A DNA stretch of 64,000 nucleotides, from the NCBI GenBank assembly GCA_963776245.1, contig CAVZLN010000008.1:96001-160000 (forward strand), given 5' to 3'. The DNA comes from Candidatus Eiseniibacteriota bacterium (lineage in GTDB: Bacteria; Eisenbacteria; RBG-16-71-46). Made by a program: the position numbers and the translations under genes. Numbering within the stretch: the stretch's first letter is position 1; the number at the start of each line of letters is the position of its first letter. Shown here piece after piece: positions 12,618 to 23,584 of the stretch. The notes beneath the pieces are model-generated. The model saw only the letters and a program-made list of their open reading frames with translations. It was not told the DNA's origin and ran no database searches.

Positions 12618-14177
12618 GTGGCCGGTGTGGTCCCTCCCACCTACCGCAACATCACCGTCATCCTGCTCGAAGCAGGCGTCGTCACGGCCGCCCAGATCGA
12701 GGCGGGACTGGCGCGCCAGTGCATGACCGGGACGCGCATCGGCGAAGCGCTGGTCGAGCTTGGGGCGGCGAGCGAGAGCGACATCGGGTGGGCGCTGGCC
12801 CGCCAGCTCGGGCTGCCGTTCGTGGACCTCCAGCCCGAGGCGCTCGACGCCGAACTGATCCGCGGATTCCCCGACGCTCTCCTGCGGCGCCTCCTCGCGC
12901 TGCCGCTGGTCCGGGAGGACGGCTCGCTCTCGGCCGCCTTCGGCGATCCGACCGATCGCGAGGCGCTCGCCGAGCTCGAACGCGCGGCCGGCGTGCCGGT
13001 GAGCCCGAGCGTGGCGAATCCCTCGGCCATCCACGCGGCGTTGGACCGCCTCATGGGCGGCCGCCCCGAAGCGAACGTGCGCCACCCGGCCACGGGACAG
13101 CCCGCGCATCGCCAGATGGACCGCGACCGTTCCGGCGCGCGCCTCCTCCAGGGCCACCTCGCCCGCGCCCTGGTGGCCGGCGCCGCGGAGATCCACTTCC
13201 TGCCGGCCGGAGAGACCGTGCACGTCCACCATCGCGTCGGCGAGCGCCTGATCGCCGCCGGGACGGAACCCGCGACCGCCCTCTACTACCTGCTCGCGCG
13301 CCTCGAGGCGCTGGGCGGGCCGGCATTCGACGGGGACCAGGTGCACGCGAGCGGGCGGGTCCTCTGCCCGGCCGGGGGCGAGGAGATCCCGCTCGAGGTG
13401 TCGCTGCTCGGCTGCGACCAGGGACTGGCGATCGTGCTCGGGCTGCGCGGCCGGCCGAGCGCGCCGCCCGCGCTCGAAGCCCTCGGGCTCGACCCCGTGG
13501 ACCTCGCCCGCCTGCGCACGGTGCTCGCGCTGCCGGCCGGTCTGGTGCTGATCTCGGGCCCGGCCCGCGCGGGCCGCTCGACCACGCTCGCGAGCCTGCT
13601 GGCGGCGGCGCGCGCGGAGGGCGTCCGCACCCTGGCGTTCGCCCCCCCCCGCGGCGCCCCGCTGTCCACCGAGACCTGCGTGTCCATCGAAGCGGCCCAC
13701 GCCCGCGAGCGCTGGGCCGAGATCGTGGTGGCCCAGGACCCCGACGTGGTGGCGCTGGACCACGTGCTGACCGGCGAGGCGGTGGCCGGGGCGGTCGCGA
13801 GCGCGGCGTGCGGACGCCTGGTGCTCGCCACCACCGACTGGAGCGACACCTTCGCCCTGCTCGAGTTCCTGTCCCGGCGCCCGGGCGGCGCGGGGCCGCT
13901 CGCCGCCCGATTGCGCGTGGTCATCCAGCAGCGCATGGCGCACGTGCGCTGCGCGCCGGGCGACCGGGTGGAGGGGCCCGCCGGTCCGGCCCGGCCGATC
14001 TTCGAGACGCTGTTCGTGAGCGACGCGCTGCGCGACGCGCTGCGCGCCGGCGCGTCCGCCGCGGAGCTGCGCGCGTGCGCGCGCGCCGAAGGCCAGCGCG
14101 ACCTCGCGGACCAGGTCCGCACGCTCGCGAGCGCCGGGCGGCTGAGCGCGTCCGAAGCCACCCGAGTCCTTTCCTGA
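12618..14177 (+). CDS. GspE/PilB-like protein with MshEN-type N-terminus and degenerate ATPase motifs
   Basis: RIGEALVELG...ALARQ; GLVLISGPARAGRSTTL; QDPDVVAL; overall T2SSE architecture. Confidence 0.8.
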   Translation: MAGVVPPTYRNITVILLEAGVVTAAQIEAGLARQCMTGTRIGEALVELGAASESDIGWALARQLGLPFVDLQPEALDAELIRGFPDALLRRLLALPLVREDGSLSAAFGDPTDREALAELERAAGVPVSPSVANPSAIHAALDRLMGGRPEANVRHPATGQPAHRQMDRDRSGARLLQGHLARALVAGAAEIHFLPAGETVHVHHRVGERLIAAGTEPATALYYLLARLEALGGPAFDGDQVHASGRVLCPAGGEEIPLEVSLLGCDQGLAIVLGLRGRPSAPPALEALGLDPVDLARLRTVLALPAGLVLISGPARAGRSTTLASLLAAARAEGVRTLAFAPPRGAPLSTETCVSIEAAHARERWAEIVVAQDPDVVALDHVLTGEAVAGAVASAACGRLVLATTDWSDTFALLEFLSRRPGGAGPLAARLRVVIQQRMAHVRCAPGDRVEGPAGPARPIFETLFVSDALRDALRAGASAAELRACARAEGQRDLADQVRTLASAGRLSASEATRVLS

Positions 14178-14183
14178 GGCCCC

Positions 14184-15332
14184 ATGTCCTTCGACCTCAC
14201 CGCACTGCTCAGCTTCGCGAACGACCAGGGGGCCTCCGACCTGCACATCTCGGCCCGGCCTGCCGCCGCTGCTGCGCATCCGCGGCGAGATGGTGCGTCT
14301 CGAGATGCCGCCGCTCAGCCGCCGAGGACGCCCAGCGCGGCGATCTACGACCTGATGAAGGACGACCAGAAGCGGGTCTTCGAGGAGCACCACGACCTCG
14401 ACTTCGCGTTCGAGATCCCGGGGTTGTCGCGCTTCCGCGCCAACGTCATGATGCAGCAGCCGCGGCGAGGCCAGGCGGTGTTCCGCCTGGTGCCGACCGA
14501 GGTGCGGACGCTCGAGGAGCTGGGGATGCCCGCCGGTGCTCAAGGAGCTCGCCGAGAAGCGAGCGCGGACTGGTGGTGGTGACCGGGCCGACCGGCTCGG
14601 GCAAGTCGACGACGCTCGCGGCGATGGTGGACTACATCAACGAGAACGCTGCGCGGCCACATCCTCACGGTCGAGGACCCGATCGAGTTCGTGCACACGT
14701 CCAAGCGCTGCCTCGTCAACCAGCGCGAGGTCGGCCCGCACACCAGTCGTTCGCCAACGCGCTGCGGGCCGCGCTGCGCGAGGACCCGGACGTCATCCTG
14801 GTCGGCGAGCTGCGCGACCTCGAGACCACCCAGCTCGCGATCACCGCCGCCGAGACCGGCCACCTGGTGTTCGGCACGCTGCACACGAACTCGGCGTCCA
14901 AGACGATCGACCGCATCATCGACATCTTCCCCTCCGGCCAGCAGGCGCAGATCCGCACCATGCTGTCGGAGTCGCTCGAGGGCGTGGTCGCGCAGACGCT
15001 GCTGCCCAGCCAAGGACGGCAAGGGCCGGGTCGCGGCGCTCGAGGTGCTGGTCGGCGTGCCCGCGCTGCGCAACCTGATCCGCGAGGACAAGACCGCGCA
15101 GATCCTGTCGGTGATCCAGACCGGCGCGCAAGCACGGCATGCAGAGCCTCGACCAGTCGCTGCGCGAGCTGGTCATGCAGGGCCGGCTCTCGCGGGCGGA
15201 GGCGATGCGGCACGCTCGTCGAGCCCGCAGGTCTTCGAAAGCCCCGTCCCGGCCGTCCCGGGCGGCGCGCCGGCCGGCCCGCGGCCCCCGGCGGCCGCGG
15301 CCACCAAGCTGCCCGGGGTCCTGTCGCGCTAG
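14184..15332 (+). CDS. pilT: Type IV pilus retraction ATPase PilT (many frameshifts)
   Basis: ASDLHIS, RFRAN, GPTGSGKSTT, EDPIEF, ALREDPDVILVGELRD, GTLHTNS, MQSLDQ spread over several frames. Confidence 0.9.
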
Positions 15333-15349
15333 TTCGGACGGAGACCACC

Positions 15350-16477
15350 ATGGACCTCGATGGGCTGCTGACCGAATTGCACGCGCGCGGCGGGTCCGAC
15401 CTCTACCTGAGCGCCGACTCGCCCCCGCTGTTCCGGGTCGATGGCTCGACCATCGCGCCGCGGAGGAGCGTCCGCTCGACGCGCCCACGGTCGAAGTCGC
15501 TGATCCGCGCCGCGCTCTCCCCCGCCGAGCAGGAGACCATCGATCGCACGCTACGAGCTCAACACCGCGCGCATGCTCGCCGGGGTCGGGCGCTTCCGGT
15601 TGAACGTGTTCCGGCAGCGCGGCCAGCTCGGGCTGGTGGCGCGTCTCATCCCGATCGACTTCCCCGACGTGGAAGCGCTCGGGCTGCCGGGCTCGCTGCG
15701 CGAACTCGATCATGCAGAAGCGCGGGCTGGTGCTGGTCACCGGCGCGACCGGATCGGGCAAGTCCACGACCCTGGCGGCGCTCATCGACCACCGCAACCT
15801 CCACACCCGCGGGCACATCCTCACCGATCGAGGACCCGATCGAGTTCGTGCACGACCACAAGGGCTGTCTGGTCACACAGCGCGAGGTGGGGGTGGACAC
15901 GGCGTCGTTCGCGGCCGCGCTCCGCAGCGCCCTGCGCCAGGCGCCGGACGTCATCCTGATCGGCGAGATGCGCGACGTCGAGACCATGGAGGCCGCGATC
16001 CACTTCGCCGAGACCGGCCACCTGGTGCTGGGGACGCTCCACGCCAACAACGCCAACCAGGCGGTCGAGCGCGTGCTCAACTTCTTCTCCCCCGAGCAGC
16101 AGGCCGCGCTCCTCGGCCAGATCGCGCTCAACCTGCGGGGCATCGTGTCCCAGCGCCTGCTGCCGCGCGCCGACGGCGCCGGCCGCGTCGCGGCGGTCGA
16201 GGTGATGCTCAATTCGCCGCGCGTCGCCGACCTGATCGCCAAGGGGGACATCGCCGCGCTCAAGGGCGCCATCGAGGGCAACGCGCGGGACGGATCGCGC
16301 TCCTTCGACCAGGCGCTCCACGAGCTCCACCGTGCCGGCCTGATCACCCTCGACGAGGCACTGCGCCAGGCCGACAGCGCGAACAACCTGCGGCTGCGGA
16401 TCAAGATGGACGCGGGCGTGGGGGACGCCGCCGACCGACCGCGATTCAGCCTGCGCCAGGAGGACGAGGCCGCCTGA
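15350..16477 (+). CDS. pilU: PilU retraction ATPase (several frameshifts)
   Basis: SDLYLSADSPP, GATGSGKSTT, LRQAPDVILIGEMRD, TLHANNANQA, ADSANNLRLRIK. Confidence 0.88.
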   Translation: MDLDGLLTELHARGGSDLYLSADSPPLFRVDGSTIAPRRSVRSTRPRSKSLIRAALSPAEQETIDRTLRAQHRAHARRGRALPVERVPAARPARAGGASHPDRLPRRGSARAAGLAARTRSCRSAGWCWSPARPDRASPRPWRRSSTTATSTPAGTSSPIEDPIEFVHDHKGCLVTQREVGVDTASFAAALRSALRQAPDVILIGEMRDVETMEAAIHFAETGHLVLGTLHANNANQAVERVLNFFSPEQQAALLGQIALNLRGIVSQRLLPRADGAGRVAAVEVMLNSPRVADLIAKGDIAALKGAIEGNARDGSRSFDQALHELHRAGLITLDEALRQADSANNLRLRIKMDAGVGDAADRPRFSLRQEDEAA

Positions 16478-16492
16478 CCCGGGCGCCGCGGG

Positions 16493-17320
16493 CTACGGCA
16501 GCCGGCTGACGCGGCGCCTGCGGAGCGCCATGATCTCGCGCGCCAGCTCCTCGACCGCCATGTAGGAGGCGTCGAACGAGCGCCAGCCGTGCCGGTCCAT
16601 GAGCCGCTTGGCGTCGAGCACCTCGCGCTGGATGGCGCGCTCGTCGAGGTACGAATCCAGCGGAGCGCGTCCCAGCATGTGGGCGCGCGCCGCGCGCACC
16701 GTGGCGAGCCTCAGCGCGTTCACGTGCAGCCCGATCACCCGCGCGGGATCGAGGGCCTCCAGTTCGGGCGGCACCGGGACGCCGGGGACGATCGGCACGT
16801 TCGCCGCCCGGACGCCCTGGTAGGCGAGGTAGAAGCAGGTCGAGGTCTTGGCCGAGCGCGACACCCCGACCAGCACCACGTCCGCGGCCGCCAGTCCCTC
16901 GAGGTGCTGCCCATCGTCGTGCTGGAGCGTGTAGTCGATCGCGTCGTGGCGGTCGAAGCGCTCCCGCTCGGAGGAGTAGAGCAGGCCGGGCCGCGAGCGC
17001 GGGGCGGCCTTGAACAGGTCGTGCAGCGCCGAGAACGCGGGCCCCAGCACATCCACCGTCGAGACGCCCGACTGGGCCGCGGCGGTCGCCATCGCGGCGC
17101 GGGTCTCGAGACCCACCAGGGTGTAGAAGATGACCGCGCGCGAGCGGGCGGCGCGGCGCACGATCGCCTCGACGCGCCGCACCGTGCGCACCTGGCGGCG
17201 CCGGACCACGGTGTAGCGCTGGCCCTCGAACTGCACGATCGCCGCGTTGAGCAGCTGGGCGCAGGTGTCGCCCCGGCCGTCCGAGATCACGTAGATGGTG
17301 GGCGGGCTCGTGCGTGGCAT
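16493..17320 (-). CDS. ppsR: PEP synthase/PPDK regulatory kinase-pyrophosphorylase (DUF299)
   Basis: YVISDGRGDT, AIDYTLQHDDG, LVGVSRSAKT, AANVP, AVEELA. Confidence 0.88.
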   Translation of the reverse strand: MPRTSPPTIYVISDGRGDTCAQLLNAAIVQFEGQRYTVVRRRQVRTVRRVEAIVRRAARSRAVIFYTLVGLETRAAMATAAAQSGVSTVDVLGPAFSALHDLFKAAPRSRPGLLYSSERERFDRHDAIDYTLQHDDGQHLEGLAAADVVLVGVSRSAKTSTCFYLAYQGVRAANVPIVPGVPVPPELEALDPARVIGLHVNALRLATVRAARAHMLGRAPLDSYLDERAIQREVLDAKRLMDRHGWRSFDASYMAVEELAREIMALRRRRVSRLP

Positions 17321-17370
17321 GGCGACGCCGAGTCTAGGGGATGCGGACCCCGTCCGCATCCCGACGCCGG

Positions 17371-18786
17371 TCAGAACTGCGCCTTCTCCGTGCTCCCCTC
17401 GAGCGCCAGCGTGGACGCCTGGCCGCTCGCGATCACCTGCATCACCTGGTCGAAGTAGCCGGTGCCCACCTCGCGCTGATGGCGCGTGGCGGTGTAGCCG
17501 TGCGCCTCGGACGCGGACTCGGCCTCCTGGAGATCGGCGTAGGCCGACATGCCGCGGGTGCGGTAGTCGCGCGCCAGTTCGAACATGGCGTGGTTGAGGC
17601 TGTGGAATCCGGCCAGCGTGACGAACTGGTACTTGTAGCCCATCGAGCCCAGCTCGCGCTGGAACTCCGCGATGGTCGCCGCGTCGAGCTTGGCCTTCCA
17701 GTTGAACGACGGGCTGCAGTTGTACGCCAGCAACTTGCCGGGGAAGTCGCGGTGGATGCCCTCGGCGAACGCGCGGGCCTCGGCCAGGTCGGGCGTCGAG
17801 GTCTCGCACCACACCAGGTCGGCGAACGGCGCGTACGCGCGCCCGCGCGCGATCGCGCACTCCAGCCCGCCGCGGTAGCGGAAGAACCCCTCGGCGGTGC
17901 GCTCGCCGGTGAGGAACTCGCGGTCGCGCGGATCGATGTCGCTGGTCAGCAGCCGGGCGCTGTCGGCGTCGGTGCGCGCCACGATGAGCGTGGGCACGTC
18001 GAGCACGTCCGCCGCCAGCCGGGCGGCGACCAGCGTGCGGATGAAGTGCCCGGTCGGGATGAGCACCTTGCCGCCGAGGTGGCCGCACTTCTTCTCGGAG
18101 GAGAGCTGGTCCTCGAAGTGCACGCCGGCGGCGCCCGCCTCGATCATGCTCTTCATCAACTCGAACGCGTTGAGCGGGCCGCCGAAGCCGGCCTCGGCGT
18201 CGGCGACGATCGGCACCATCCAGTGCCGCCGCGCCGGCGCGGGCTTGCCGTTGCCGTTGGCGTGCCCGTTGAGGGACCCCGTGGGCCGGGCGCCGTTCAG
18301 CGCTCCGGCGGCGTGGCCGTTCTTCGCCGCGGCCTCGAAGGCCTCGGCATGCTCGATCTGGTCGGCGCGCATGAGCGCCTGATTCAGCCGCTTCACCACC
18401 TGGGGCACGCTGTTGGCCGGGTAGAGACTCTGGTCCGGATAGGTCTGCCCGGCGAGGTTGGCGTCGGCCGCGACCTGCCAGCCGCTCAGGTAGATCGCCT
18501 CGAGCCCGGCCTTCACCTGCTGCACCGCCTGGCCGCCGGTGAGGGCGCCCAGCGCGTTCACGTACTCGCGCGTGGCGAGCAGGTGCCAGAGCCGGCGCGC
18601 GCCCAGCGCCGCGAGCGTGTGCTCGACCTGCACGCTGCCGCGCAGGCGCTCGACATCGGCCGCGGTGTACGGGCGCTGGATGCCGTCCCAGCGCCCGCGC
18701 GGGACCAGCCGCTCCCACGGCGCCGGCGGAACGGCCGCGGACTCGGGAGTCCAGTCGTGGTCGGGCGGGATGCGTGAGGCGCTCAT
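17371..18786 (-). CDS. aceA: Isocitrate lyase
   Basis: [25 protein letters not shown] signature, [15 protein letters not shown]; 4-nt overlap with aceB. Confidence 0.97.
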   Translation of the reverse strand: MSASRIPPDHDWTPESAAVPPAPWERLVPRGRWDGIQRPYTAADVERLRGSVQVEHTLAALGARRLWHLLATREYVNALGALTGGQAVQQVKAGLEAIYLSGWQVAADANLAGQTYPDQSLYPANSVPQVVKRLNQALMRADQIEHAEAFEAAAKNGHAAGALNGARPTGSLNGHANGNGKPAPARRHWMVPIVADAEAGFGGPLNAFELMKSMIEAGAAGVHFEDQLSSEKKCGHLGGKVLIPTGHFIRTLVAARLAADVLDVPTLIVARTDADSARLLTSDIDPRDREFLTGERTAEGFFRYRGGLECAIARGRAYAPFADLVWCETSTPDLAEARAFAEGIHRDFPGKLLAYNCSPSFNWKAKLDAATIAEFQRELGSMGYKYQFVTLAGFHSLNHAMFELARDYRTRGMSAYADLQEAESASEAHGYTATRHQREVGTGYFDQVMQVIASGQASTLALEGSTEKAQF

Positions 18787-20453
18787 GATGGAACCTCCGG
18801 GTGACGGTGGGGTGCGGCGCTCGGGGTCGCGTGGGGGGCGTCGTGGATGCGGCACAGCGGGCCGTAGGCGGACAGGGTCAGGAACTCCTCGAGCGCCGGG
18901 GCGGTGGCGACGCGCAAGAACAGGCGCGTGGCCTCGTCGAAGCGCCCGCTCGCGAAGCGCTCCTCGCCGAGTGCCTGCCGGACGCGCGCCATCTCCTCGT
19001 CCAGCACGCGCTCGACCAGTTCCCGTGTCACCCGAGATCCGTCCTCGAGCGCCGCGCCGTGGTGGAGCCAGTGCCAGATCTGGGTGCGCGAGATCTCGGC
19101 GGTCGCGGCGTCCTCCATCAGGTTCTCGAGCGGCACACAGCCCACGCCGCGCAGCCAGGCCTCGAGGTACTGCACACCCACGCGCACGTTCAGGCGCAGC
19201 CCGTCGAGCGTGCGCGTGCCGGTGGGGACACTCAGCAGATCGGCGGCGCTCACCCGCACGTCCTCGCGCCGGCGCTCGAGCTGGTTCGGCCCCTTCATGT
19301 GGGCGTCGAACACCTCGCGCGCCACCGGCACCAGGCCGGGGTGGGCCACCCACGTGCCGTCGTGTCCGTCGCGCACCTCGCGCAGCTTGTCCGCGCGCAC
19401 CCGGGCGAGCGCCGCGGCGTTGGCGTCCGGGTCGCTCTTGATCGGGATGAAGGCCGCCATGCCGCCGATCGCGTGCACGCCGCGGCGGTGGCAGGTGCGC
19501 ACCGCCAGTTGCGTGTACGCGCGCATGCAGGGCTGCTCCATGGTCACCTGCACGCGGTCGGGGAGCACCGCCGCTGCGTCGTCGCGGCGGGTCTTGATGG
19601 TCGAGAAGATGTAGTCCCAGCGACCGCAGTTGAGGCCCGCCGAGTGCTCGCGCAGCTCGAACAGGATCTCGTCCATCTCGAACGCCGCGGGCAGGGTCTC
19701 GATCAGACAGGTGGCCTTGATGGTGCCGCGCCCGATCCCGAGCGCCTGCTCGGCGTGCACGAACACCTCGTTCCACAGTCGCGCCTCGAGATGGCTCTCC
19801 AGCTTGGGCAGGTAGAGGTACGGGCCGGTGCCGCGCGCCAGCAGCTCCGCGGCGTTGTGGAACACGTAGAGCCCGAAGTCGAACAGGGCGCCGGGCACCG
19901 CGCGGCCGTCCACCTCCACGTGACGCTCGGTGAGGTGCAGACCGCGCGGCCGCATCATGAGCGTGGCGGTGCGCGCCCCGAGCGTGTAGCGGCGGCCGCT
20001 CTGCGGGTCGTCGAGCGCAATGGTCCGGCGCACCGCGTCCACCAGGTTGGACTGCCCCTCGAGCAGGTTGTCCCAGGTCGGCGCGGTGGAGTCCTCGAAG
20101 TCGGCCATGAACACGTCGGCGCCCGAGTTGAGCGCATTGATGATCATCTTGCGGTCGACCGGCCCGGTGATCTCGATGGTGCGACGCTCGAGGTCCTTCG
20201 GCAGCGGCGCGACCGTCCAGTCGCCGGCGCGCACGTGCGCGGTCTCGGCCAGGAAGTCGAGCGTCTCCCCCGCCGCGAGCCGCGCGCGGCGCGCGGCGCG
20301 GCGCGTCAGCGCGGCGTCGATGGGAGCGGTGAAGCGGCGCGCGAGCCCGGCGATGAACGCGAGCGCCTCGGGCGTGAGCACCGCGTCGTGGACGGGGCTT
20401 GCGGCACCCCTGATGGCCACCCCTTCCGGGGTCCTGCTGGTCGTCTGTCGCAT
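18783..20453 (-). CDS. aceB: Malate synthase A
   Basis: [45 protein letters not shown]; start at 20453 or 20480. Confidence 0.96.
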   Translation of the reverse strand: MRQTTSRTPEGVAIRGAASPVHDAVLTPEALAFIAGLARRFTAPIDAALTRRAARRARLAAGETLDFLAETAHVRAGDWTVAPLPKDLERRTIEITGPVDRKMIINALNSGADVFMADFEDSTAPTWDNLLEGQSNLVDAVRRTIALDDPQSGRRYTLGARTATLMMRPRGLHLTERHVEVDGRAVPGALFDFGLYVFHNAAELLARGTGPYLYLPKLESHLEARLWNEVFVHAEQALGIGRGTIKATCLIETLPAAFEMDEILFELREHSAGLNCGRWDYIFSTIKTRRDDAAAVLPDRVQVTMEQPCMRAYTQLAVRTCHRRGVHAIGGMAAFIPIKSDPDANAAALARVRADKLREVRDGHDGTWVAHPGLVPVAREVFDAHMKGPNQLERRREDVRVSAADLLSVPTGTRTLDGLRLNVRVGVQYLEAWLRGVGCVPLENLMEDAATAEISRTQIWHWLHHGAALEDGSRVTRELVERVLDEEMARVRQALGEERFASGRFDEATRLFLRVATAPALEEFLTLSAYGPLCRIHDAPHATPSAAPHRHPEVPS

Positions 20454-20578
20454 GTGAATAGTTTTGACTCGCGAGGCCATTGAAAGGTACTAAAAACCTG
20501 CGCGCACAGTCGATTATCATGTAGCAATCTGAAATCATCTTGAAGTCACTTTGTAATGTCTGTAATGTCCAAGCCCTC
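20454..20578. promoter_or_regulatory. AT-rich divergent promoter region with tandem TGTAATGTC repeat (20552-20569)
   Basis: Strongly AT-rich patch in an otherwise very GC-rich window; exact 9-nt direct repeat between aceB and the regulator. Confidence 0.6.
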
Positions 20579-22021
20579 ATGCCCACGCCCAGCAAGGGTC
20601 TCGGACGCAAGGTGCGCACCCTGCGCGTGCGCGCCGGGCTCACCCAGGCGGCGCTCGCCGAGCGCCTCGGGGTCTCGACCTCCTACCTCAACCTGATCGA
20701 GAACGACCGCCGTCCGCTGCCGGCCGCGCTGCTCATCAAGCTGGCGCAGGTGCTCGACCTCGATCTCAAGACGGTGGTGGACGCCGCGGACGCGCGGCTC
20801 GCCGGCGACCTGGCGGAGGTGTTCGGCGACGCGCTGTTCGAGGGCCTGGCGCCCGCCGAGCGCGAGGTGCGGGACCTCGCGGCCGCCAGCCCCGGGCTGG
20901 CGCGCGCGGTGCTGCACCTGCACCACGCCTACCGCGCCGCCCAGGCCTCGGCGCAGACCCTCGCCGCCCAGGTGCTCGACGGGCAGGACGTGAGCGGGGT
21001 CGACCGCACCGTGCTCTCCTCGGAGCAGGTGACCGACTTCCTGCAGCGCCACGCCAATCACTTCGACGAACTGGAGTCCGAGGCCGAACGGGTGTGGAAG
21101 GACGCCGGGCTCGAGGGCGAGGACCTGTTCGGCGCCCTGTGCGCCTACCTCGAGCGCCGCCACCAGGTGACGGTGCAGGTGGTGAAGGTGGGCGCCATGC
21201 GCGGCGCGATGCGGCGTTTCGATCCGGCGGCCCGCACCCTGGCGCTCTCGGAGGTGCTGCGGCGCGGCTCGCGCAACTTCCAGGTCGCCTACCAGATCGG
21301 CCTGCTCGAGTGCGGGCCCGCGCTCGACCGGCTGACGCGCGACCCGGCGCTCACCTCGGACGAGGCGAAGTCCCTCGGCCGGGTGACGCTCGCGAACCAG
21401 TTCGCCGCCGCGGTGCTCATGCCCTACGCGGCCATCCTGCGCGCGGCCGAGGAGGAGCGCTACGACCTCGACCTGCTCCAGCACCGCTTCCGCGTCAATT
21501 TCGAGCAGGTCGCGCACCGGCTGTGCACGCTCCAGCGCAAGGGCGCCGAGGGCGTGCCCTTCTTCATGGTGCGCATCGACATCGCCGGCAACATCTCGAA
21601 GCGCTTCAGCGCGAACGCGGTGGGCTTTCCGCGCTTCGGCGGGCTGTGCCCGCTGCGCAACGTCCACGCGGCGTTCCTCCAGCCCAACCTGCTGCGCGTG
21701 CAGGTCTCGCGGCTGCCCGAGGGCACCGCGTTCTTCTCGGTGGCGCGCACCATCCGCCGCCACCGCGGCGGCTTCCACGCCCCCGAGGTGCTCTACGCCA
21801 TCGAGCTGGGGTGCGAGCTCGAGCACGCGCGACGGCTGGTGTACGCCGACGGCATGGACCTCGAGAGCGCCGCCGGCGTGGTGCCGGTGGGGCTCACCTG
21901 CCGGCTATGCGAGCGCATGGACTGCCGCGCGCGCGCCTTCCCCTCGATCCAGACCCCGCTGGCGGTGGACGAGAACGTGCGCGGGCTGTCGTTCTACGCC
22001 CCCGTGGACGAAACCCGCTAG
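20579..22021 (+). CDS. RamB/ScfR-family XRE transcriptional regulator
   Basis: XRE HTH ([20 protein letters not shown]), [18 protein letters not shown]-terminal [15 protein letters not shown]; divergent from aceBA. Confidence 0.93.
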   Translation: MPTPSKGLGRKVRTLRVRAGLTQAALAERLGVSTSYLNLIENDRRPLPAALLIKLAQVLDLDLKTVVDAADARLAGDLAEVFGDALFEGLAPAEREVRDLAAASPGLARAVLHLHHAYRAAQASAQTLAAQVLDGQDVSGVDRTVLSSEQVTDFLQRHANHFDELESEAERVWKDAGLEGEDLFGALCAYLERRHQVTVQVVKVGAMRGAMRRFDPAARTLALSEVLRRGSRNFQVAYQIGLLECGPALDRLTRDPALTSDEAKSLGRVTLANQFAAAVLMPYAAILRAAEEERYDLDLLQHRFRVNFEQVAHRLCTLQRKGAEGVPFFMVRIDIAGNISKRFSANAVGFPRFGGLCPLRNVHAAFLQPNLLRVQVSRLPEGTAFFSVARTIRRHRGGFHAPEVLYAIELGCELEHARRLVYADGMDLESAAGVVPVGLTCRLCERMDCRARAFPSIQTPLAVDENVRGLSFYAPVDETR

Positions 22022-22584
22022 GACGTAGCGCGCCCCGCGGCCCCCTTGAGGAGCTCGCGGTACCGGGCGCGCAGCTTCTGGACCTTCGGCGTGATGGTGG
22101 CCCGGCAGTACGGCTGGTCGGCATTTCGCGCGTAGTAGTCCTGGTGATACGCCGCGGCGGGGTAGTACGCCTCGAGCCGCTCCACCTGCGTGACGATCGG
22201 CGAATCGAACACCTGCGCCGCGCCCAGCGCCGCGATCACCTCGCGCGCCACGCGCTCCTGCTCGGGCGAGTGGAAGAAGATGGCCGAGCGGTACTGCGAG
22301 CCGACGTCGGCGCCTTGCCGGTCGAGCGTGGTCGGGTCGTGGAAGGCGAAGAAGATCTCGAGCAGGTCGCGGTACCCGATCACCCCGGGATCGAAGGTGA
22401 CCTGCACCACCTCGGCGTGGCCGGTGGCGCCGGTGCACACCGCCTCGTACGACGGGTTCGGGACGCGGCCGCCGGCGAACCCCGACACCACGCGCTCCAC
22501 CCCCGCCAGTTCGGTGAAGACCGCCTCCATGCACCAGTAGCAGCCGCCCGCGAGCGTGGCGGTCTCGGTGTGATGCGTGCTCAT
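22018..22584 (-). CDS. msrA: Peptide methionine sulfoxide reductase A
   Basis: AGGCYWCME, NPSYEAVC, GHAEVV, RQGADVGSQYRS, YHQDYY. Confidence 0.95.
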   Translation of the reverse strand: MSTHHTETATLAGGCYWCMEAVFTELAGVERVVSGFAGGRVPNPSYEAVCTGATGHAEVVQVTFDPGVIGYRDLLEIFFAFHDPTTLDRQGADVGSQYRSAIFFHSPEQERVAREVIAALGAAQVFDSPIVTQVERLEAYYPAAAYHQDYYARNADQPYCRATITPKVQKLRARYRELLKGAAGRATS

Positions 22585-22687
22585 GCGATGTCCCTCCGGT
22601 GAGGCGCGAGGATACGACTCTGGTATCGTGGCGCGCGACCTGACCCACCGGCGAGGACCTCCCGATGACCGCACGCCATCCGTTCCG

Positions 22688-23584
22688 ATGCGCCCCGCGC
22701 TGACCCGGCTCGCCCTGTTGGGCGGCATCCTCGCGGTCTCGACCGCCTCGCTCCTCGTCCGCTACGCCCAGGCCGACGCGCCCTCGCTGGTGATCGCCGC
22801 CGGGCGCCTCGGCATCGCCACCCTGGTGCTCGCACCGCTGGCGCTGGCGCGCCACCGCGTGGCGCTGCGGGCGCTCACCCGCGGCGACCTCGCGCTGGCG
22901 CTGGTGGCGGGCGCGTTCCTGGCGCTCCACTTCGCCACCTGGATCGCCTCGCTCGAGCGCACCAGCGTCGTGTCGTCGGTGGTGCTGGTGACCACCGCGC
23001 CGCTGTGGGTGGCCCTCCTCGCGCCCCTGGTATTGCGCGAGCGCCTCGCCCCGCTGGCCCTGCTCGGGCTCGCGGTCGCGCTCGCGGGCGGGGTCGCGAT
23101 CGCGCTCGGCGACGCCGGAGGCGGGGCGCTCGCGGGGCACGCGCTGGGCGGCGACCTGCTGGCGCTCGCGGGCGCGTGGATGATGGCGGGCTACCTGCTG
23201 GTGGGGCGCCGGCTGCGCACCCGGCTCGCGCTGGTGCCGTACGTGTTCGCGGTCTACGGGTGCGCGGCGGTGCTGCTCGCGCTCGCGGTGCTGGGCGCGG
23301 GGCTGGATCCGCGCGCGCTCCCGCCGCGCGCCTGGGGTTGGATCGCGCTCTTGGCGCTCGTCCCCCAGTTGCTGGGCCACAGTTCCTTCAACTGGGCGCT
23401 GCGCTTCCTGCCCGCGGCACTGGTGTCGATCGCGCTGCTGGGAGAGCCGGTCGGCTCGGCGGCACTCGCCTACGCCGTGCTCCGCGAGACCCCTTCGGCC
23501 CTCACGCTCGCCGGGGCCGCGCTCATCCTGCTGGGCGTGTTCCTCGCCGTGCGCGCCACGCCCGCGGCGGCCGCCCCCGACTAG
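22688..23584 (+). CDS. DMT/EamA-family transporter
   Basis: About 10 TM; FLALHFATW, QLLGHSSFNWAL, LGEPV. Confidence 0.9.
   Translation: MRPALTRLALLGGILAVSTASLLVRYAQADAPSLVIAAGRLGIATLVLAPLALARHRVALRALTRGDLALALVAGAFLALHFATWIASLERTSVVSSVVLVTTAPLWVALLAPLVLRERLAPLALLGLAVALAGGVAIALGDAGGGALAGHALGGDLLALAGAWMMAGYLLVGRRLRTRLALVPYVFAVYGCAAVLLALAVLGAGLDPRALPPRAWGWIALLALVPQLLGHSSFNWALRFLPAALVSIALLGEPVGSAALAYAVLRETPSALTLAGAALILLGVFLAVRATPAAAAPD

Noticed and set aside
11549..16477. Fused ORFs such as the 1642-aa 11549..16477 and 1169-aa 21905..25414
   Set aside because: They are chimeras of fragments from several real genes joined through shadow frames and frameshifts.
22530..22550. MsrA as a selenoprotein
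   Set aside because: The active site is encoded as Cys (GGCYWC) with no in-frame TGA.
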